From an uncultured Acidobacteriota bacterium (GTDB lineage: Bacteria; Acidobacteriota; Thermoanaerobaculia; UBA5066), in NCBI GenBank assembly GCA_963779415.1, contig CAVZYA010000002.1:736001-800000 (forward strand): a stretch of DNA of 64,000 nucleotides, given 5' to 3'. Every line of letters starts with the position of its first letter. Position 1 is the stretch's first letter. The position numbers and the translations under genes were made by a program. The notes below the pieces were generated by a model. That model ran no database searches. It worked only from the letters and a program-made list of their open reading frames with translations, and had not been told where the DNA came from. Positions 39,958 to 50,253 of this stretch are shown one piece after another.

Positions 39958-40827
39958 TCAGGGGAGCGGGTAGATGCCGGGAGAGCCGTCCCCCGGGGTT
40001 CCGATCGTCCGGACGGGGGTCCGTTTCTCCCGGGCCCGCCGGATCGCCTCGGCGAGAGGCTCTTCCGGACCGCGGGTCGCTGCCCCGACGCGGAACGGCG
40101 GAAGCAGCTCTCGCGACGCCGCGAAGACGAGCCGCTCGAGGATCGTCCCGACGCCCTTCTCGTCGACGTCGCGAAGGAGGAGCAGGAACTCGTTCGAGTG
40201 CATCCGGACGACGGCGGTCTCGGCGCGCGACTGGCGCATCAGGAAGCGGGTGATCCGGTTGGCGACGGGGTCCGGCGTCCCGTCGTCCGGCACCGCCGAC
40301 GCACCGGAGCGGTCCAGCTCGACGACGACGCAGCCGCGGGGCTCGGCCGGCGGCTCGCTTCCCCGGGAGACCTGCGCGAGATAGCGCCGGTTGTAGCAAC
40401 CCGTGATCGGGTCGCGGAGCGCCTGCTCTTCGAGCGCCGTCTCCAGCTCCTTCCGCTCGGTCACGTCGGTGAGGACGCCGTGGTAGTAGACGTCCCCGGA
40501 TTCGGGGTCGACGCGGACCCACGCCGTGTCCAGAACGGTGCGGATCTCCCCGTCGCGGCGCCGGACCTTCAGCTCGAAATCGACGACGGACCCGAACTTG
40601 TCGAGAGCCTCTTTCCATCTCTCGCGCTGGAGCGGATCGACGAGGTAGTCACCGGCCTTCGCGGCGCGGAGGTCCTCCACGTTGCGCGCGCCGAGAATCG
40701 CCAGAAACGCGGGGTTCGCGTCGAGGATCTCGCCTGCCGGGGTCGAGATGTAGACCCCTTCCCGCATCCTCTCGAGGAGATGCCGGGCCGTGCCCGGCTC
40801 GTCGAGGTGCCGGAGTCCGTCGAGCAT
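39958..40827 (-). CDS. PAS plus degenerate GGDEF protein (paralog of 35617-36483)
   Basis: EGVYIST..GEILDANPAF; DPITGCYNRR; active site reads HSNEF instead of GGDEF. Confidence 0.8.
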   Translation of the reverse strand: MLDGLRHLDEPGTARHLLERMREGVYISTPAGEILDANPAFLAILGARNVEDLRAAKAGDYLVDPLQRERWKEALDKFGSVVDFELKVRRRDGEIRTVLDTAWVRVDPESGDVYYHGVLTDVTERKELETALEEQALRDPITGCYNRRYLAQVSRGSEPPAEPRGCVVVELDRSGASAVPDDGTPDPVANRITRFLMRQSRAETAVVRMHSNEFLLLLRDVDEKGVGTILERLVFAASRELLPPFRVGAATRGPEEPLAEAIRRAREKRTPVRTIGTPGDGSPGIYPLP

Positions 40828-40898
40828 GGGACGCTCATGGTATCGCAGAGGCCCTGTCGGAGAGCGTCCCCGCCCGCTGATACGATGGCGATCCGCAC

Positions 40899-42036
40899 GT
40901 GAAGACGTCCCCCCCTCCACCCGCCGGACGCTTCGCGTCGCTCGACTTTTTCCGGGGAGTGACCGTCGCGGGGATGATCTTCGTCAACAACCCGGGAGAC
41001 TGGGGGCATCTCTATTGGCCGTTCGACCACGCGGAGTGGCACGGCTGGACCCCGACGGACCTCATCTTCCCGTTCTTCCTCTTCATCGTCGGGACGGCGG
41101 GGGTCTTCTCGATGTCGAAGCGGATGGAGCGCGGAGCCTCCCGGCCGACTCTCGCGCGGCATGCGTTTACGCGCGGCATGACGATCGTTCTGGTCGGCTG
41201 GGCGATGTCGTGGTTCCCCTTCACGCTCGAGCGCCTCTCGCGCCTCCGAATTCCGGGCGTCCTTCCCGCGCATCGGCGTCGTCTACGTTCTCGGAACGCT
41301 GATCGTTCTCGCCGTCTGGCGCCGCCGGGCGGCCGGCGTCGCCATCGCCGCCCTGCTCCTCGTCGCCCTGCACACCTGGCTCCTCGTCGGCCTCGGCTTC
41401 GACCTCACGCCCGGTGGAAACATCCAGCGGGCCGTCGACCTCGCCCTTCTCAAGGGGCATCTCTGGAAGAAGGAGTGGGACCCGGAAGGGATCGTCTCCA
41501 CCTTGACGGCGATCGCGACGATGCTCACCGGGACGCTCGCGGGCTTCGTCCTCGTGGGGAAGACGGGGGAGACGGCGTCCCGTTACCGGCGAGCGGCGGC
41601 GGCCCTCGCGCTTTGGGGCGCGGCCGGGATCGCCGCCGGGCTCGCCTGGAGCCGGTGGCTCCCGATCAACAAGAACCTCTGGACCGGCTCCTACGTCGTC
41701 TTCACCTCGGGTGCGGCGTGCGTGGCGCTCGCCGTCTCGATCGTCGTCGTCGACCTCAAGGGGTGGCTTTCTCCCCGCGGGATCTTCTTCACCTTCGGCC
41801 GGAACCCTCTCGTCGTCTTCGTCGGCTCGGGCCTCCTCGCGAAGAGCCTCGGCCTCGTGAAGCTGGCGGGGCCCGGCGGAAGGACGGTGAGCCTTCAACG
41901 GGTCCTTTACGACGGGGGCTTCTCCTGGATCGCGGATCCGACGCTCCGCTCCCATGCCTTCGCCGTCGTGACGATCCTCTTCTGGTGGGGGATCCTTCTC
42001 GTCTTCGAGCGGAAGGGGTGGTACTGGAAGGTCTGA
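40899..42036 (+). CDS. NagX / heparan-alpha-glucosaminide N-acetyltransferase (DUF5009-like) membrane protein; frameshift near 41265
   Basis: RFASLDFFRG.TVAGMIFVNNPG, HAEWHGWTPTDLIFPFFLF, DPEG, PINKNLWTGSY. Confidence 0.85.
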
Positions 42037-42110
42037 AGGGATCCCCTCTCTCCGGTTATGATCGGCCTCGCCGTTTCGATCGGAGGCCCTAAACGAACGC
42101 ACGCTTCGGG

Positions 42111-42869
42111 GTGTCTGCCGCGGCTCTCGCCGCCGTCCTTTTGATGTCGGCCGGTGTCCGTGCGGCGCCCGGGCCGGGAGACGCGCCCCTCTCGGCGGTA
42201 GGAACTCTGGTCGTCGACCAGGAGGTCACCGTCACGACGCGCGTTTCCGGGGTCATCGATTCCCTGATGGCCGAACGGGGCGAGGTCGTCCGGAAGGACC
42301 AGCCGCTGGCGACGATCGACCAGCGGGAGTTCCGGCTCGACCTCCGGGCCGCCCAGGAGACGCTGAACGTCTCCCGGGCCGATCTCAAGAGAGCCGAAGA
42401 GCTGTTCCGGCTCAGTCTGTGCAGCCAGGCCGAGCTGGAGCAGAAGCGGGCGCACCACGAGCTGGCGCAGGTGGAGTTCGAGCGCGCTCAGCTCGTCATC
42501 GATCGCTCGGTCGTTCGCGCACCCTTCGACGGCATCGTCGCGGACCGGTACGCGCACGTCGGCGAAAAGGTCCTCCTGGAGGAGAACAAGCCGCTCTTCA
42601 AGGTCGTCGCTCTCGAGCCGCTCCTCGCGCGCGCCTACCTCCCCGGCACCGCGCTGACCCGGGTGAAGCCGGGGCAGGAGGTGGCCGTCGCCGCGCACGA
42701 CCTGCCGAACGTCCGGTCCACCGGGCGCATCGCCTTCGTCAGCCCCGTCCTCGACCCGGGAAGCGGTTCCGTTCAGGTCGTCGTCAACGTCAAGCGCGAT
42801 ACGGGAAAGCTGCTCCGCCCCGGAATGGCCGTCCAGCTCCTCTTCGTGGGGGCCGCGGCCGCGCCCTGA
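42111..42869 (+). CDS. Stand-alone periplasmic adaptor / membrane fusion protein (HlyD/RND MFP)
   Basis: Signal-like N-terminus; SGVIDSLMAERGEVVRKDQPL, helical hairpin, RAPFDGIV, SPVLDPGSG, LRPGM. Confidence 0.88.
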   Translation: MSAAALAAVLLMSAGVRAAPGPGDAPLSAVGTLVVDQEVTVTTRVSGVIDSLMAERGEVVRKDQPLATIDQREFRLDLRAAQETLNVSRADLKRAEELFRLSLCSQAELEQKRAHHELAQVEFERAQLVIDRSVVRAPFDGIVADRYAHVGEKVLLEENKPLFKVVALEPLLARAYLPGTALTRVKPGQEVAVAAHDLPNVRSTGRIAFVSPVLDPGSGSVQVVVNVKRDTGKLLRPGMAVQLLFVGAAAAP

Positions 42870-42881
42870 GGCTTAAGGTCA

Positions 42882-43559
42882 ATGGCACCGCGCCGGCGCA
42901 TCCCCCTCCGAACGGCGGCAGATTCGGTCCTGCTGCACGACATGCGGAACATGGGGCAACGACTTCACCTCCTGCTGTCGAATCTGGACGAGCATTACGG
43001 AGACCCGGAGTTCAAGAGGAGCGTCGCCGTCCTGCTCCGGAGCACGGTGGAGAAGCTCGACGCGATGGCCACGCAGTGGGCGGCCCGCCGCGGCGGTGTC
43101 CTGATCAAGGTTCCGCTCGACCTGAACGATCTCCTCGGCGAGCTGCTCGCGTCGGCCGGGACGATGGGCGGAGATGCCCGCGTCACGGCCGAGTACGGTG
43201 AGCTGCCGCGCGTCTGGGGAGATCCCTATCTTCTCAGGGAGGCTTTCGGGAACGTCCTCGAGAACGCGCTCGAAGCGGCGTCGTCGTCCGTCCGGGTCCG
43301 GACGAAAGTCGAAACGCACGGCCGGCGCCGCCGGGCCGTTCTGGAGATCGAGGACGACGGGCCCGGAATGTCAGCGGACTTCCTCGCGAACCGAATCTTC
43401 CAGCCCTTCCAGACGACGAAGCCGGACGGCGTCGGGCTCGGTCTCTACTCCGCTCGTCAGATCGTCGGCCTTCACCGCGGGACGATCGACGTCCGGAGCG
43501 CGCCGGGAGCGGGGACGACGCTGCGGATCGCCCTCCCCGCGGCGGGCGAGGACCGCTGA
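42882..43559 (+). CDS. Sensor-less histidine kinase (HisKA+HATPase only), PrsK-like
   Basis: H-box LLHDMRN..LHLLLSNLDEHYGDPEF; NVLENALEA, DDGPGM, FQPFQTTKPDGVGLGL. Confidence 0.85.
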   Translation: MAPRRRIPLRTAADSVLLHDMRNMGQRLHLLLSNLDEHYGDPEFKRSVAVLLRSTVEKLDAMATQWAARRGGVLIKVPLDLNDLLGELLASAGTMGGDARVTAEYGELPRVWGDPYLLREAFGNVLENALEAASSSVRVRTKVETHGRRRRAVLEIEDDGPGMSADFLANRIFQPFQTTKPDGVGLGLYSARQIVGLHRGTIDVRSAPGAGTTLRIALPAAGEDR

Positions 43560-43561
43560 GC

Positions 43562-44965
<1,404 letters not shown>

Positions 44966-45061
44966 AAGATCGACCGGCAGGGTTCTTCCCGGCTCCGACC
45001 CCTCGCAACAGGAGGAGACGATTTTCGGGGGTTTCTTGCGATCTGCGGCCGGCCGGACGCT

Positions 45062-45077
45062 TGGCCCCCCGATTGCA
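45062..45077 (+). promoter_or_regulatory. Sigma54 (-24/-12) promoter
   Basis: TGGCCCCCCGATTGCA: GG-N10-GC spacing with TGGC and TTGCA. Confidence 0.8.
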
Positions 45078-45122
45078 GATGAAAGGGCGGCGTACAGCCA
45101 AGAGAAAGTCAGGAGGACGGAG

Positions 45123-45554
45123 ATGTCAAACGAAGTGAAGATCAAATTGACAGACGAGCAGAAGGCCAAAATCAAGAAGGGGACGGGTCAGGAGCTATCC
45201 GAGATCCGGGTGAGCGCCGTAGGTGCGCAGGCGGCTCCGCGTGGCGCAGCGGCTCCGCGTGGCGCAGCGGCTCCGCGTGGCGCAGCGGCTCCCCGTGGCG
45301 CAGCGGCTCCCCGTGGCGCAGCGGCTCCGCGTGGCGCGGCGGCTCCGCGTGGCGCGGCGGCTCCGCGTGGCGCAGCGGCTCCGCGTGGCGCGGCGGCTCC
45401 GCGTGGCGCGGCGGCTCCGCGTGGCGCAGCGGCTCCGCGTGGCGCGGCGGCCCCGCGTGGCGCGGCGGCTCCGCGTGGCGCAGCGGCTCCGCGTGGCGCG
45501 GCGGCTCCGCGTGGCGCGGCGGCTCCGCGTGGCGGAGGACTTCCGAGCGTCTAG
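45123..45554 (+). CDS. 143-aa leader plus hexapeptide-repeat peptide (QAAPRG then 16 x AAAPRG); putative precursor / secretion substrate
   Basis: RBS AGGAGG at 45111; MSNEVKIKLTDEQKAKIKKGTGQELSEIRVSAVGA-QAAPRG-(AAAPRG)16-GGLPSV; variants among units 2-17 are synonymous in this frame. Confidence 0.85.
   Translation: MSNEVKIKLTDEQKAKIKKGTGQELSEIRVSAVGAQAAPRGAAAPRGAAAPRGAAAPRGAAAPRGAAAPRGAAAPRGAAAPRGAAAPRGAAAPRGAAAPRGAAAPRGAAAPRGAAAPRGAAAPRGAAAPRGAAAPRGGGLPSV
45228..45533 (+). repeat. Tandem repeat 17 x 18 bp (GCRGCGGCTCCGCGTGGC; unit 1 begins CAG)
   Basis: Counted directly; no spacers; units 6-17 form a 54-bp higher-order period (GCA,GCG,GCG). Confidence 0.95.
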
Positions 45555-45582
45555 CACGTCGGGTCGAAAGAGCCGTGACCCG

Positions 45583-45615
45583 AAGCGCCCCGGCTTCCCG
45601 GGGCGCTTTATTCTT
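45583..45615 (+). terminator. Intrinsic terminator (possibly bidirectional)
   Basis: AAGCGCCCCGG-CTTC-CCGGGGCGCTT perfect 11-bp stem followed by TATTCTT, between convergent genes. Confidence 0.8.
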
Positions 45616-45619
45616 GGAA

Positions 45620-47812
45620 CTACCAGAAAGTCGACCGCAGCCAACGGTAAAGGATACGGCCTGCCTCAGCCAGGAGCGACGTCCGCGGCCCGCGGATCTT
45701 GGCGAAGCCGGACATTCCCGGTCGGAGGGTCCCGTCCGGGTTCTCGAACAGGGCTCGCACGACAATCTGGTCGGGCATCTCGGGCGGTCGAAGGGCTTCG
45801 GTAGCCTCGCCTCTCTCGTTATTGCGGGTGGCTGGGGCGATCGAGACGATGGTCCCGCGCACGGCGCGGAAGGGGCGGGCTGCGAGGTGAAGGGAAACGG
45901 TCTCGCCGACGCCGAGGTCGTACAGGAGACGCTCCGAGACCGGAAACGTGGCCGCGAGACGTGTCGTCTCGCCGACGGTGACGAGGGAAGTCCCGGCGGC
46001 GAGCCAGCGCCCTCGAAGGTCGTCCGGACGCGCCGTGAGAAGCCGGCCCTCGAACGGGCTCGTCACCTCGAGCGAGGCGGTTCGTGCGGCGTCGCTGGAA
46101 AGGCCCGCCTCGGCGGCTCTCTCGTGTTTTTCCGCGAGGAAAGCCTCGCCGGCCGCTCCCGCGCTGCGGCTCCGGCCGGCGTTGCCGGTCGCACCGGCAA
46201 GCCGTGCCTCGTCCGTCCGCCGCGACGTCTCGACGGCCGGACTTCCGAGCCGCAGGATCGGCTGCCCCGCGCGGAGGAGGTCGCCCTCGTGCGCGAGGAC
46301 CTCACGGACGATGCCGACCTCGGGGGCCTGGAGTCGCGCCGAGCGGGCGGGCTCGAGGACGGCATCCATCCGGATCGTCCGGGGGTACCACGGCAGGACA
46401 AGAAGAAGGACAGCCGCACCGGCGGCGGCGAGAAGAGGCGCGCGGGCTCGCGGCGACATCAGGAACTCCTTCTTGTCGAGATAGAAGAGGCGTGAAATTC
46501 GGACGAGGAGCCTGACCCTGCTTCGGAAGAAGAGGTACAGCGTGAGGAGGAGCAGGACTATCGCGAAATCCGGAACGAAGCTTGAGTAGAAGCTGTCGAG
46601 AAGCCTCGTGATGAACAGCATGATCAGGCCGAGGTAGCCGACTGCCAGCGTCCCGTAGACGGCGAAGATCCACTTCTTCCGCCGCGACACGACGGGGACC
46701 TCGACATTCAACCTCAGGATGTGTTTCTGGAAGAGCGAACCGAGGTACTTGAAGGAGTCTCCGCGGAGCTCCGGGATCTCGATGATGCTGGAGAGCGCGT
46801 AATACCCGTCCAGTTTTGTGAGCGGGTTGATGTTGAAAAAGACCGTCGAGATTCCCGTGAAGAGCATCGTCTTGTATGCCAGCGCATGGGCGAAGGAATC
46901 GGGGTATGTCGCGACCCAGAGCACAGTCGCAATCGTGCAGATGATCCCTTCGATGTAGATCCCGGCGATCGTCACCCAGAAACGTTGCCACTTGTTCGTG
47001 AACAGAAACGAGTCGGTCGTGTCGCAGTAGAAGGCGGGAGTGAAGTAGAGGAGAGCGATTCCCATGTCGTGGACGTCCCCCCCGTACATCTTTGTCGTAT
47101 ACCCATGGGCAAATTCGTGAAAGAAGCAGATCGTGGTCAGAATCACCCAGAACTGGATGAAGTCCCAGAACGGCTTCTGCCAGAACGTATAGAGATCGAG
47201 AGTCTGCGCCCAGATCGTGTCGAAACGGGTGGCGAAGACGCCGATCGTGAAGAGAAAGCAAACGCACGTGATGGTGACCGTCGTCGGCCGCCAGAGCCAC
47301 CGGACGTACCGGACTGTGCGCGTCAGGATGCGGTCCGGGTCGAAGACCTTAAAGAGCATGAAGAGGACATTGAAGCCCTCCGACTTCTCCTTGGCTGTCC
47401 GGTGCCTGAGCGACGCGAACTTCGAGAGGAGCTGGAGATTCCTCTCGGCCGCCGACTGCTCGAGTGCCTCGATGCCGCGGAGCATCTCCTCGTAGTCGAG
47501 GACCAAGGACAGGTCGACGGCGCTCCCTCCCAGCCGCCGGCTGTACTCCTCGCGAATCTCGATCGGCGTCCGCGTCCCGTCGAAAAGCTCGATAAGACCC
47601 CACGACCCGTCGTCAAAGGCGTAGACCTTGTTCGTTTCGGGGACTTTGACGACATACGAGACCTCGCCCATCTGGACCTGCCTCCGGATGACGAGGCTCT
47701 TCTTCAGTGCGGGCTTCTCCAGCCGCGTGCCGTGGCGGGCGGCGAGCGCTTCGGCGCTCTTCCCGGCGAGGGCCGCCGAGACGAGGCCGCCCGGCGCGAC
47801 GGCGGCGCTCAC
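45620..47812 (-). CDS. PqqD-like RRE + M50 site-2 intramembrane zinc protease + HlyD/MFP fusion
   Basis: N-terminal YVVKVPETNKVYAFDDGSWGLIELFDGTRTPIEI (RRE-like); HEFAH; NINPLTKLDGY; C-terminal GIVREVLAHEGD..GQPIL, SPFEG, LRPGMSGFAKI. Confidence 0.85.
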   Translation of the reverse strand: MSAAVAPGGLVSAALAGKSAEALAARHGTRLEKPALKKSLVIRRQVQMGEVSYVVKVPETNKVYAFDDGSWGLIELFDGTRTPIEIREEYSRRLGGSAVDLSLVLDYEEMLRGIEALEQSAAERNLQLLSKFASLRHRTAKEKSEGFNVLFMLFKVFDPDRILTRTVRYVRWLWRPTTVTITCVCFLFTIGVFATRFDTIWAQTLDLYTFWQKPFWDFIQFWVILTTICFFHEFAHGYTTKMYGGDVHDMGIALLYFTPAFYCDTTDSFLFTNKWQRFWVTIAGIYIEGIICTIATVLWVATYPDSFAHALAYKTMLFTGISTVFFNINPLTKLDGYYALSSIIEIPELRGDSFKYLGSLFQKHILRLNVEVPVVSRRKKWIFAVYGTLAVGYLGLIMLFITRLLDSFYSSFVPDFAIVLLLLTLYLFFRSRVRLLVRISRLFYLDKKEFLMSPRARAPLLAAAGAAVLLLVLPWYPRTIRMDAVLEPARSARLQAPEVGIVREVLAHEGDLLRAGQPILRLGSPAVETSRRTDEARLAGATGNAGRSRSAGAAGEAFLAEKHERAAEAGLSSDAARTASLEVTSPFEGRLLTARPDDLRGRWLAAGTSLVTVGETTRLAATFPVSERLLYDLGVGETVSLHLAARPFRAVRGTIVSIAPATRNNERGEATEALRPPEMPDQIVVRALFENPDGTLRPGMSGFAKIRGPRTSLLAEAGRILYRWLRSTFW

Positions 47813-50229
47813 GGCAGGAGGGGCCAGAGCTTCGTGGCGGCCCAGCGCGCCGGCCGGCGGAAGAGCGCCACGAGGAGCGGGCGGCGGCCGGTCGAGATCT
47901 TCCCCGTCCCGAGCATGCCCGGCTTGAGAAGACCGGAGGGGTTCTCGACCCGCGTCTCGGCGATTAGGAACCTCTCCTCTCCCTCCTCGCGTACGGCGGC
48001 GCCGAGCCGTGACACGCGCCCCCGGAACGTCCGCGTCGGGTAGGCGTTCATCTTCAGCGTGACATCCTGCCCGTCGGCGAGGAGGGTGGCGTCGCGCTCC
48101 GGGATCGCCACTTCCGCGAGGAGGGACGAGGTCTCGGCGAGGACGGCGAATTCCGCGCCGGCGGCGAGAAGCTGGCCGACCCGCTCGTCGAGGCGGGGAG
48201 TGATGACGATGCCGGCCTCCGGCGCGCGGAGCCGCGTGGCGGCCAGGCGCTCCTCGGCCCAGGTGGCGCGCGCGCGCGCCTCGCCGCGCCGGGAGAGAGC
48301 CTGCCCCATCGCGGCGGCGTTCCCCTCGGCCCGATGGCGCGCCACCTCGGCCTCGGCGATCTGCTCGGCGGCGCGGGCCTCGGCGAGGGCGGCCCGGTAG
48401 GCGTCGTCCTTGAGCGTCGCGATGACGTCACCCGCCGCCACGACGTCTCCCTCGCGATGCTCCACGGTGGCCACGATCCCGTCGACATAGGCAGTCACCG
48501 GAATCCGCCGCCCCGGAACGGCGCGGGCGGGGCCGGTGACGCGGATGTTCCAGGGCACGAGGACGAGGAGGAGCAGGGCCGCGGCGGCTCCCAGAAGCCA
48601 GCGCCGCCACCGGCTTGCCGGAAGGGCCGACAGCTTTCGCGTTCGCTCCGCGAGGGGCTTCAGGAAGCCGGGAAGCGGCATCTGCTGGTAGAGCTGGGCG
48701 TTCCTGACGGCGACTGTGGCCTGGTTGACGAGGATCTGAAGAAGATCGCGTGTCCCCGCGTCGAACTCGAGGGGCTCGTTACATTCGAACCCGAGGACTC
48801 CGAGCTTCCCTTCCTCGTCCTCGAGCAGAACGCCGTAGAAGGCGTTCCGGCCCGTCGCCTCGAAGAAGGCCCGGAACTTCTCCTCGGTCTCGGGCCGGTC
48901 CGTCTCGATCGTCCCGTCCTCCAGTCGCGTGACGGCTACGTTCTTACCGCCCCAGAAGACCCACTCCAGGAGTTCCTCTGTCCGGCGGACGGACGGGTCC
49001 TTCCGGTCCAGCTCCGCCACCCCGGAAACAGCCCCTATCCGGAGCTGTCCGCGCGAGAGGATCGCGATGGCGGCCCGGTCGTACGTCACGAGCGCGGAGC
49101 TGGCGTTCACGATGGTCCGCATCACCTTGTCGAGGTCGAGGGTGGAGGTGATCTCCCGGCTGACGGCGAGGAGGGCATCCAGCTCCTCGACCTTCTTCTC
49201 GGCCTCGTACTGGCGCGCGTTGTGGAGCGCCCGGACGGCCTGCCTCTCGATGTCGGCGAGAAGCTCCTCGTCGGCCGCGGTGAACTCGGGGTGCCGGCCG
49301 CGCTTGTTGACGACGACGATCACGCCGATCGGCGCGTCGTCCTCGAGGAGCGGCGCGGCGAGGAAGGAGTGGACCGGGTAGTCCGGGTTCTCGCCCCGCA
49401 CCGGGTCGTCCTCGGAAAGATCGTGCCGGCGCACAGTCGCGCTCTCGGCGAGGATGTCACCGACGATGGAGCCTCCAACGGCATCGGGCGGCGCGGGAAT
49501 GTCGTAGTTCGTGTTGACGGCCGTGGCCGCCAGCGTCACCTCGCCGGCCTGCCGGTCGAGTGTCCAGAATGACGCGACCTCGGCGCCCATGAAGTCGACG
49601 GCCTTACGGGCGATGATGGCCGAAAGCTCGGCGAGGTCGATCGTGGAGCCGAACGCCTTCGTCAGGTCGAAGAGGCTCGTCAGACGCTCGATGGCGTAGA
49701 GCATGCCGCCCGTCTTCCGCTCGGCGCGGAGAGCGCGGGCGAGGGCGGGCGTGGCGTGCTTGAGAAACCCCTGCACGTTCTGGAGGACGCTCCGGTCGGG
49801 CATCCGGTGGAAGGCGAGGGCGAGGATGCCGACGACGATCCGTTCGGCCGAAAGCGGCACGAAGAGGCACGCGACCGCCGGCGCCGGGATCGCCTTCAGG
49901 AAGGGGTCGTCAGCCGCGGCCAGCTGGTCGGCTTGGAGAAGAAGCGGGGTCCGGTCGCGGACGAGATCGTGTACGAGCCCGGTCTCCCGCGGGACGGAAC
50001 GCCTGACAACGCGTTCCGTGCCGGTGCCGTAGGCCGCGATGCAGAGGAAGGTGGGGTGGAGTGCGTCCGGGGCCCAGAGAAGGGCCGCGTCCGCGCCGGC
50101 CAGTTCCGCGCTCCACCGGGCCGCCCATCCCGAAGTCTGCGCGAGGCTCTCGCAGAGGGCCAGCTCCGCCAGCGCCCTGATCTCGGCGCTTTCCGGCGGC
50201 GACCCTCCGCGGCTCGGATCCTCTGGCAT
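47809..50229 (-). CDS. Triple GAF domain + TM + HlyD/MFP fusion
   Basis: Three GAF-like repeats (FVPLSAERIVVGIL; LAAPLLEDDAPIGVIVVVNK..FTAADEELL; SREITSTLDLDKV...AVRNAQLY); TM helix; DGIVATV..REGD, RAPEAG, LKPGMLGTGKI. Confidence 0.85.
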   Translation of the reverse strand: MPEDPSRGGSPPESAEIRALAELALCESLAQTSGWAARWSAELAGADAALLWAPDALHPTFLCIAAYGTGTERVVRRSVPRETGLVHDLVRDRTPLLLQADQLAAADDPFLKAIPAPAVACLFVPLSAERIVVGILALAFHRMPDRSVLQNVQGFLKHATPALARALRAERKTGGMLYAIERLTSLFDLTKAFGSTIDLAELSAIIARKAVDFMGAEVASFWTLDRQAGEVTLAATAVNTNYDIPAPPDAVGGSIVGDILAESATVRRHDLSEDDPVRGENPDYPVHSFLAAPLLEDDAPIGVIVVVNKRGRHPEFTAADEELLADIERQAVRALHNARQYEAEKKVEELDALLAVSREITSTLDLDKVMRTIVNASSALVTYDRAAIAILSRGQLRIGAVSGVAELDRKDPSVRRTEELLEWVFWGGKNVAVTRLEDGTIETDRPETEEKFRAFFEATGRNAFYGVLLEDEEGKLGVLGFECNEPLEFDAGTRDLLQILVNQATVAVRNAQLYQQMPLPGFLKPLAERTRKLSALPASRWRRWLLGAAAALLLLVLVPWNIRVTGPARAVPGRRIPVTAYVDGIVATVEHREGDVVAAGDVIATLKDDAYRAALAEARAAEQIAEAEVARHRAEGNAAAMGQALSRRGEARARATWAEERLAATRLRAPEAGIVITPRLDERVGQLLAAGAEFAVLAETSSLLAEVAIPERDATLLADGQDVTLKMNAYPTRTFRGRVSRLGAAVREEGEERFLIAETRVENPSGLLKPGMLGTGKISTGRRPLLVALFRRPARWAATKLWPLLP

Positions 50230-50253
50230 GTGGGACTCTTCGCGCCTCCCGGC

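Noticed and set aside
45228-45533. Tandem repeat as a CRISPR array or non-coding VNTR
   Set aside because: No spacers and no cas genes; it lies in an ORF with RBS, promoter and terminator, and variation among units 2-17 is synonymous.
45172-45804. Alternative-frame repeat ORFs (RVAQRL, RHAEPP, ATRSRR)
   Set aside because: Shadows of the 18-bp repeat: no RBS or promoter, non-synonymous variation, and overlap with the terminator or neighbouring gene.
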